From Pyrinomonadaceae bacterium (lineage in GTDB: Bacteria > Acidobacteriota > Blastocatellia > Pyrinomonadales > Pyrinomonadaceae), in the NCBI GenBank assembly GCA_051006135.1, contig JBPCIQ010000004.1, positions 1-60,568 of the forward strand: a stretch of DNA of 60,568 nt. Direction: 5' to 3'. Both the position numbers and the translations under genes were made by a program. The notes beneath the pieces are model-generated. The model was not told the DNA's origin. It made no database searches and worked only from the letters and a program-made list of their open reading frames with translations. This document shows positions 55,217 to 60,568 of the stretch, piece after piece (the first letter of the stretch is position 1; every line of letters starts with the position of its first letter).

Positions 55217-55288
55217 ATCCACTAAATGACACTAACCAACACTAAGCTTTCTTCGTGCACTTTCGTGTAAATTCGTGGATCGTTTTTG
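55217..55288 (+). terminator. CACGAAA-family palindromic element (copy 3, degenerate left arm), terminator-like
   Basis: The right arm CTTCGTGCACTTTCGTGTAAATTCGTGGATC (55252-55282) is followed by GTTTTTG. The left arm GATCCACTAAATGACACTAACCAACACTAAG (55217-55247) carries T where the family has G in each ~10-nt unit. Confidence 0.55.
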
Positions 55289-55525
55289 ACCATTCACGAA
55301 GCCAAAGCGCTAGACGTCAAATCAGGAGTACAGTTTCGTTGTCCATTGCAGGGAAATCGAGTGTTAGGGTAAGCTGCCGGAGTGTTAGCGGTTGTTTGGT
55401 CGTGCGGGTTTGAGATGCTCAGCTTCTCTGCGGACAACTTCCTCACGACATTTGAATTGTTCTTTGCTGTCCTGCGCACCGAGGGATAGACAAATTCCAG
55501 TTAATCTTTATTTGCCGAAATAGAT

Positions 55526-56980
55526 TTGGGCCTCATTACGCCCGCTTTACTCACTCTATTAATGAATCCACCCGCGGATCGGATAGCGGATCCACCGGGG
55601 CAAAAGAACCAAACATTAGTGAAGCGTTCTATTCGAGAATTTCTGCCGCCGAGGAAAGCAAAAAAGAAGGCGGCACCGCGGCAGGGCACAACTGCCCAAC
55701 CAGCTTCGAAGAAGCGAGTGAATCCGAGGCTGCGCCAGTGGCGCTGGCACATTCTCATTTCGGCTCTTCTCTTGCTCAGCGTTTTGGTTCTCTTGTTAGC
55801 CTGGCTCAGGCTCTTCGATGTGGTGGGCATAGACAGTTATGTACAGCACCAGATGGTTTCGGGCCTTGATACCCAGCTGGATAAGCAGTTTGACGTCAAG
55901 GATATTTCATTGATCCTCGTGGATGAGAACACCCAGCTTACTCCGCCCTCCGGCAAGGCCGAAAGCAGTCATCGCAAGTATCATGCTGAATTGGTCGAAG
56001 CCCTCAGTCAAGCTGGAGCTAAGGTTGTCGTCTTTGACATGTGGTTTGACAAAGATTCTCCCGACGACGAGAACCTGGCGAAGGCCATTACTCAAGCTGA
56101 AGAAAGAGGAACTGTAGTCCTAATGGGGCTGGATCCGCGGGTGGGAGAATCACAATACACACCGCGGGCACTTCGAACGCTACAAAAGAACCGGCGGCGA
56201 ATTGCTTATGCCGGAGGTCCTATTGGTGCCACTAATATATGGCAAGTAAAACTTGCCGAACACGCGATGGATGGCTCAGAGTGGGAGCCCCGGGATCAAC
56301 CGGTTGTGCCATCTCTGATACTGGAAGCAACTCAACGATTTACTTATCGCGACCGTGAAGTAAACTACTTCTACAATCCGGTCCACGATCAGATTCGAGT
56401 AAGAGATAATCAAGGGCAGATCATCGAATCAATTCCGGTTAGCGACGCGTTGCTTTTCCTCGTACAAATGGTGGGAAGCCAGGAAGAGGGAGAGGTTAGT
56501 TTCTACCACGACGTTTATCCGGAGTTAAAAAATCCAGACTATCTAAGTAAATTCAGTAATAAGATTGTCTTTGTCGGATATCAGGCCGGAGACAGTTTTC
56601 AGACCCCCAGCGGGAAAAGATATGGAGTTGAGGTGCTCGCTAACGCAGTATCCAATATTCTCCTGCACATCTATATCAAGCCGCCTGTGCTGGTTTACCA
56701 CTATTTGATTATTGTGCTGATGATCTCTGTGGGAGCATTGCTGCCGCTTCGGTTCAGTGAATGGACGAGCTACACATTTCCGGTGAAATTGCCACTGGTG
56801 GGTAATCTGCCTATTCCTATTGCGCTCCTGGTCGTTACCGTCTTCTACATCTTCATCGCAATTCTCGCTTACAAGTTTGGACGAACGTTGTTCAATATGG
56901 CCTATCACATCGCCGCTCTCTTCCTCTCTTATTTTCTGGTCGGCGCATTGCGTTCCAGACTGGGATTCAAGTGGACCTGA
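55526..56980 (+). CDS. CHASE2-domain membrane protein with no output domain
   Basis: N-terminal TM segment, CHASE2-like periplasmic region (AGAKVVVFDMWFDKDSPDDENLAKAI...VVLMG) and three C-terminal TM segments, then a stop. The start is uncertain (TTG 55526 or ATG 55562). Confidence 0.7.
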   Translation: MGLITPALLTLLMNPPADRIADPPGQKNQTLVKRSIREFLPPRKAKKKAAPRQGTTAQPASKKRVNPRLRQWRWHILISALLLLSVLVLLLAWLRLFDVVGIDSYVQHQMVSGLDTQLDKQFDVKDISLILVDENTQLTPPSGKAESSHRKYHAELVEALSQAGAKVVVFDMWFDKDSPDDENLAKAITQAEERGTVVLMGLDPRVGESQYTPRALRTLQKNRRRIAYAGGPIGATNIWQVKLAEHAMDGSEWEPRDQPVVPSLILEATQRFTYRDREVNYFYNPVHDQIRVRDNQGQIIESIPVSDALLFLVQMVGSQEEGEVSFYHDVYPELKNPDYLSKFSNKIVFVGYQAGDSFQTPSGKRYGVEVLANAVSNILLHIYIKPPVLVYHYLIIVLMISVGALLPLRFSEWTSYTFPVKLPLVGNLPIPIALLVVTVFYIFIAILAYKFGRTLFNMAYHIAALFLSYFLVGALRSRLGFKWT

Positions 56981-56993
56981 AAGGAGGCACCTC

Positions 56994-59900
56994 ATGCTGC
57001 GCAACAAACCATACCTCGCCCTAACAACCGGATGCCTTTTCGCTGTAACTCTCATCTTTCTCTTCGCCGCGCAATTCTTTCAGCCATCAGTGGGCGCCGA
57101 AGTCTCCGCACGTCCAGCTGTACTACAGCAATCAAGCGAGCCCATTGCGCTCGTTAAAAGCATTCTGGTTAGTGGAACACAAAAGATTGACGCCGCCCTC
57201 TCTGAAGTGAAAGTAACGCGCGCGAGTGGCGGCGACGAGCCCGGCAAGTCCGGTATGCGCTTGTACACAGGCGATGAAGTTACCACTAGCCCCAATGCAC
57301 AGTTGACGATGCTGTTTCTGGACAGAGTCCCGGAAAAAGATAACGAAGTCCTGGTAGACGCCGACACGCGCGTCCGTATAGGTTCGATCTTCACATGGGT
57401 TGGCAGAATTCTTGTCCGCTGCAAAGGCGCGTTCGCGACCCGGACGGAAAAAGTAAAACTCGGTGTCCAGGGAACCGAATATGAGCTAATCGTTCAGGGA
57501 GACGGAACTAACAGAATCACCGTCCTTGAAGGTCAGGTTTCCGTGGAGAAGGAGGGTTTGGCTTCTCTGGAAGATAGGACAACCACTCCATGGGCAGGCT
57601 TGCCAGAAGTAAATCTTCTCCCGTCGTTCACGAGGGCCTCATTCATTCCCACCGAACCACCACAGAAGAAGCTCGAACTCGTGGCGATCGCAGGACAGAC
57701 TACTACGATCCAGAACACCTTCACTTTCCCTAATCGCTGCGCCAAGGGCCATCAGTATGAGATTAATGGACCGCGAAGCCTTCCATGGTTTCAGATTCTG
57801 GGTGCCGATCGGTTTGAGATCGGCGCCGGCCAATCGCGCTCGATCGTTTTTGCTATCCAGATGGATGCCCAAAATCTCGCCGTGCGTAACTATGAGGGAG
57901 ATATTGTCGCTCGCTGCCTTGATTGCAGTCAGGACCAATCCTGCGATCTGGCGGGCTTGCTGTTGCCAGTTTCCGTCAGCGTTGTGACCCGGCCAGGTAG
58001 CGTGAACCCCGGAACTCAGGGTGGTGAGACGAAGGTTTCTGCTCGCAGGCTCCAGGAAGTAGTTCTGAACAGAGACGGCGTTCTGTCTCCCCCGAGTACC
58101 GCGGCAGACGAACGAGTGGGCAACGCCGTTAAGTGGTCAAATGAAGTAATCCTTTCAGGACAGCCTAAATACTCAGCGCAATCAGTTATCCCACATTTCC
58201 GCGCGTGGACCAGCAGGCAGCAGGAGTTTCGCGATGCGCGGATGAATGCGATCATGCGAGCTGATGCGCGCGGCTACAAGATCGTTGGTGATGTTTACGC
58301 CGATTGGGGAAATGGTGCAAAAGCGCTCGACGCTTATGAGCGAGCAGCACCGGCTTACGATCAATCGAGCCCGGATTTTGCTGCCGACCTGGGTGAGGCA
58401 TCCCGCCTCGCAGGAAACCTTGATAAAGCCGAAGAGGTTATAAGGAGAGCGACTGCTTCCAATCGAGGCTCGGCTCGGGCCTTAAATGCGCTCGGAAATG
58501 TTTACCTGGATCGCGCGAAAGTTTCGCGTGATAAGCGTGACTATGTTAGTGCTCGTACCTATCTCGAAAGGGCAAGAGTTAGTTACGAAGCAGCGCTCCA
58601 GGTATCGCCCGATACCGCTACGAGACACCATGGCCGATCACGAGCACAGGTCAGAGCCAGCGACCGTTCCGCGGCCCGGAGTCCCCAGGCGGGCAGCCCG
58701 CTTGGAATGGTAGCGACGGTGAAGGCCGTCTCGCAGTCAAACATTGGGGAGGTCTATTTAGAGTATGCCGCAATAGCCAAGGAACAGGGCCGCAACGAAG
58801 AGGCTTTTAGTCAGTATCGATTGGCTGAGAGCTCTTTCAGAAGCGCGGCAGACATTGATCAGCAATACCCGTTTGCGAAGAAGGGTCTGGGCAACACTTA
58901 CCGTGGCGCAGGAGAAACAGCCCTTTCTCAAGGTGACAGAACTAATGCGGCGCAATTGTTCGGGAAATCGCAGGAGAATTACCGTCAGGCGCTGAGGCTG
59001 CACAAAGGCATGGCAGAAGCTCATGTTGGATTGGGGAATCTTCTGGAGTCTGCTGGTCAGAAGTCGGACGCCATAAAGGCCTATCAGCAGGCAGCGCAGC
59101 TTCGACCCGAGCAACCAGATCCCCACTACTATCTGGCTGTGGCGCTGGCCGACACCGATAAAATCCTGGCCGCAGATTATGCCCGAACCTATCAGAAGCT
59201 TGAGCGTCAAGTTTTCCTGCAAGGACAGAAAGCGGCTAACGCACAGCGCGTGGCAGCGGGTTTGCCACCTTTAGTTACTCCGACGCCGATGCGAACGCCG
59301 ACAGCTACGCCCAGAGAAACATTTACACCGCCTACTCCGACGCCAACTCCCAACGTCACCCCTACTCCCATTGTGGGCGGCAAGCCAGTGACTATTCCCA
59401 GCATGAAGGGCGACAAGCCGGAATCAGCACTGGCTGAGTTGAGGAAAAAGAACCTGCAAGGGCAGCTTAGGGAGCAAGCAGAATGCGAGGCTACCGGCAG
59501 GGTTCTTTTCACCCAACCACCAAGTGGTGAAAAGGTGCCGCCGGGCACTCTGGTGACTGTCTACGTTTCTGCGCCGGGCGAAAACCGAGTGACGATGCCG
59601 CCACTTAAAGGAGCTGACCAGCGAGTCGCAAAGCAGCAATTGGATAGCATAGGTCTACGAGCCAACGTTAAGACTCGTGAAACTGATCGGTCGGCGCCCT
59701 ACACCGTCATCGGACAAAAGCCTGATCCGGGAAGACAAATACCTTCGGGATGCTCGGTGGAATTGACTGTTGCAATTCCCATCCCGCCCGTCACGGTGCC
59801 TACCTATATCGGTCGGAATATTGGGCAGGTATACTACACGTCTGATGGTCTGTCGCTTGGCAATGTAGTGGAGGTGGAAAGCCGCCAGCCTGGAGGCACG

Positions 59901-60206
59901 GTCGTTGACCAATCCCCAAGGCCCGGTGAAGTGGTGCCGCGAGGGACACGTCTCAATCTCGTTGTCGTTGTCAGCCTGGTCACTGTCCCAAATGTGTCGC
60001 TTTGTACGGATAACGACGGAAGCCAGTATTGCCAGTATTCGTTCGAGCAGGCCGTAAGGCAACTCCGTGCTGCGGGCCTCGATTACGAAGTAGTTGAGGG
60101 TGACAGCCGGAATAGCGAATCTCGCGTTCGCAATCAAAGTCCGGAAGCTGGCACCCGCGTGCGCCGAGGGACCAAGGTTCGTTTGTGGTTACGCGCTCCC
60201 TCCTGA
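56994..60206 (+). CDS. Large membrane-anchored protein: FecR domain, central region, TPR repeats, Pro/Thr linker and four C-terminal PASTA domains
   Basis: ATG 56994 after AAAGGAGG, then a TM segment. FecR-like (YTGDEVTTSPNAQLTMLF...GVQGTEYEL...VLEGQVSV). TPRs at about aa 480-790. Four units of the form V(T)xPxxxG...G..V....P..G..V..G..V.L. Confidence 0.7.
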   Translation: MLRNKPYLALTTGCLFAVTLIFLFAAQFFQPSVGAEVSARPAVLQQSSEPIALVKSILVSGTQKIDAALSEVKVTRASGGDEPGKSGMRLYTGDEVTTSPNAQLTMLFLDRVPEKDNEVLVDADTRVRIGSIFTWVGRILVRCKGAFATRTEKVKLGVQGTEYELIVQGDGTNRITVLEGQVSVEKEGLASLEDRTTTPWAGLPEVNLLPSFTRASFIPTEPPQKKLELVAIAGQTTTIQNTFTFPNRCAKGHQYEINGPRSLPWFQILGADRFEIGAGQSRSIVFAIQMDAQNLAVRNYEGDIVARCLDCSQDQSCDLAGLLLPVSVSVVTRPGSVNPGTQGGETKVSARRLQEVVLNRDGVLSPPSTAADERVGNAVKWSNEVILSGQPKYSAQSVIPHFRAWTSRQQEFRDARMNAIMRADARGYKIVGDVYADWGNGAKALDAYERAAPAYDQSSPDFAADLGEASRLAGNLDKAEEVIRRATASNRGSARALNALGNVYLDRAKVSRDKRDYVSARTYLERARVSYEAALQVSPDTATRHHGRSRAQVRASDRSAARSPQAGSPLGMVATVKAVSQSNIGEVYLEYAAIAKEQGRNEEAFSQYRLAESSFRSAADIDQQYPFAKKGLGNTYRGAGETALSQGDRTNAAQLFGKSQENYRQALRLHKGMAEAHVGLGNLLESAGQKSDAIKAYQQAAQLRPEQPDPHYYLAVALADTDKILAADYARTYQKLERQVFLQGQKAANAQRVAAGLPPLVTPTPMRTPTATPRETFTPPTPTPTPNVTPTPIVGGKPVTIPSMKGDKPESALAELRKKNLQGQLREQAECEATGRVLFTQPPSGEKVPPGTLVTVYVSAPGENRVTMPPLKGADQRVAKQQLDSIGLRANVKTRETDRSAPYTVIGQKPDPGRQIPSGCSVELTVAIPIPPVTVPTYIGRNIGQVYYTSDGLSLGNVVEVESRQPGGTVVDQSPRPGEVVPRGTRLNLVVVVSLVTVPNVSLCTDNDGSQYCQYSFEQAVRQLRAAGLDYEVVEGDSRNSESRVRNQSPEAGTRVRRGTKVRLWLRAPS

Positions 60207-60514
60207 TATTTGTGTTCTAACGGAGTCTGGTATGGAGTAAATAGTGACAGGCGGCACGCACTGTGGTAGATCAGGAGCCAAACCTGAGATTCCTGGGTAC
60301 GCCGAGGGTAAAAAACCACAACAATCAAAGTGGCTGTCACGCAGTGGGCGAGAATTTTCGTGGGTCCCTCAGAGGCCTTGGACTTATGAACATCCGAATA
60401 CGGACGTATGGCCGTAAATAGGATTAACTCAACACAACCGCACGAAAAGTGTCGGTTAAGACGAGAAAATCAAGAAAAACCTCTTCCTTTATAAACAATC
60501 CAAAGGAGCAAAAA

Positions 60515-60568
60515 ATGCAGAGACCCAAGAGGCTTGCACTGACCTTTTTCGTGCTGGGAGCAATGGCT
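60515..60568 (+). CDS. Start of an exported protein (partial, runs off the window)
   Basis: AAAGGAGC RBS followed by MQRPKRLALTFFVLGAMA, which is signal-peptide-like. Confidence 0.35.
   Translation, partial: MQRPKRLALTFFVLGAMA

Noticed and set aside
60243-60352. Complementary segments GTGACAG/CTGTCAC and CACTG/CAGTG downstream of the PASTA protein gene
   Set aside because: The order of the arms (1,2,1',2') does not give a simple hairpin. The arms are short (5-7 nt) and could be chance.

Overview
This is a 60.6-kb, gene-dense chromosomal segment with about 50 protein genes on both strands. Product calls come from motifs I recognise in the supplied translations; no searches were run. The gene content suggests an Acidobacteriota-like soil bacterium, but that is inference only. 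It includes a CarboxypepD_reg-type outer-membrane barrel, BlaI/BlaR1-TonB remnants, an ECF sigma/RskA pair, PilZ, GT39 and a fused 2-oxoacid dehydrogenase E1. Most genes are housekeeping:
- Fe-S cluster biogenesis: nifS, nifU-like, mrp/apbC, erpA and a 2Fe-2S ferredoxin.
- Central and redox metabolism: SOD, transketolase, class I FBP aldolase, thioredoxin reductase, acyl-CoA dehydrogenase and 3-hydroxybutyryl-CoA dehydrogenase.
- Transport: an APC permease, CstA, a membrane pyrophosphatase and BioY.
- Purine synthesis: purB, purS, purQ and purL.
- A DsbA/VKOR/redoxin/TlpA cluster.
- A PDZ-GAF-PAS histidine kinase with an NtrC-type regulator.

I found no rRNA, tRNA or CRISPR array, and no recognisable defence system. 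The accessory or decayed content is:
- the 5' part of a group II intron at the left edge;
- a degraded blaI/blaR1-tonB-like locus;
- a frameshifted orphan antitoxin;
- a possibly frameshifted zinc-ribbon gene.

The two most unusual signals are these:
1. Short tandem arrays with a period of about 7 nt recur across the window, usually as inverted pairs forming long imperfect hairpins just after stop codons. The repeat unit differs from locus to locus, and one pair of arrays lies in frame inside purL. Two small dispersed palindromic families are also present (CACGAAA/TTTCGTGGATCG in 3 copies, GTCCGACAAACT in 2 copies).
2. A co-directional module encodes an ECF sigma, an RskA-type anti-sigma, an output-less CHASE2 protein and a 1070-aa FecR-TPR-4xPASTA membrane protein.

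Neither can be called a new system from sequence alone.
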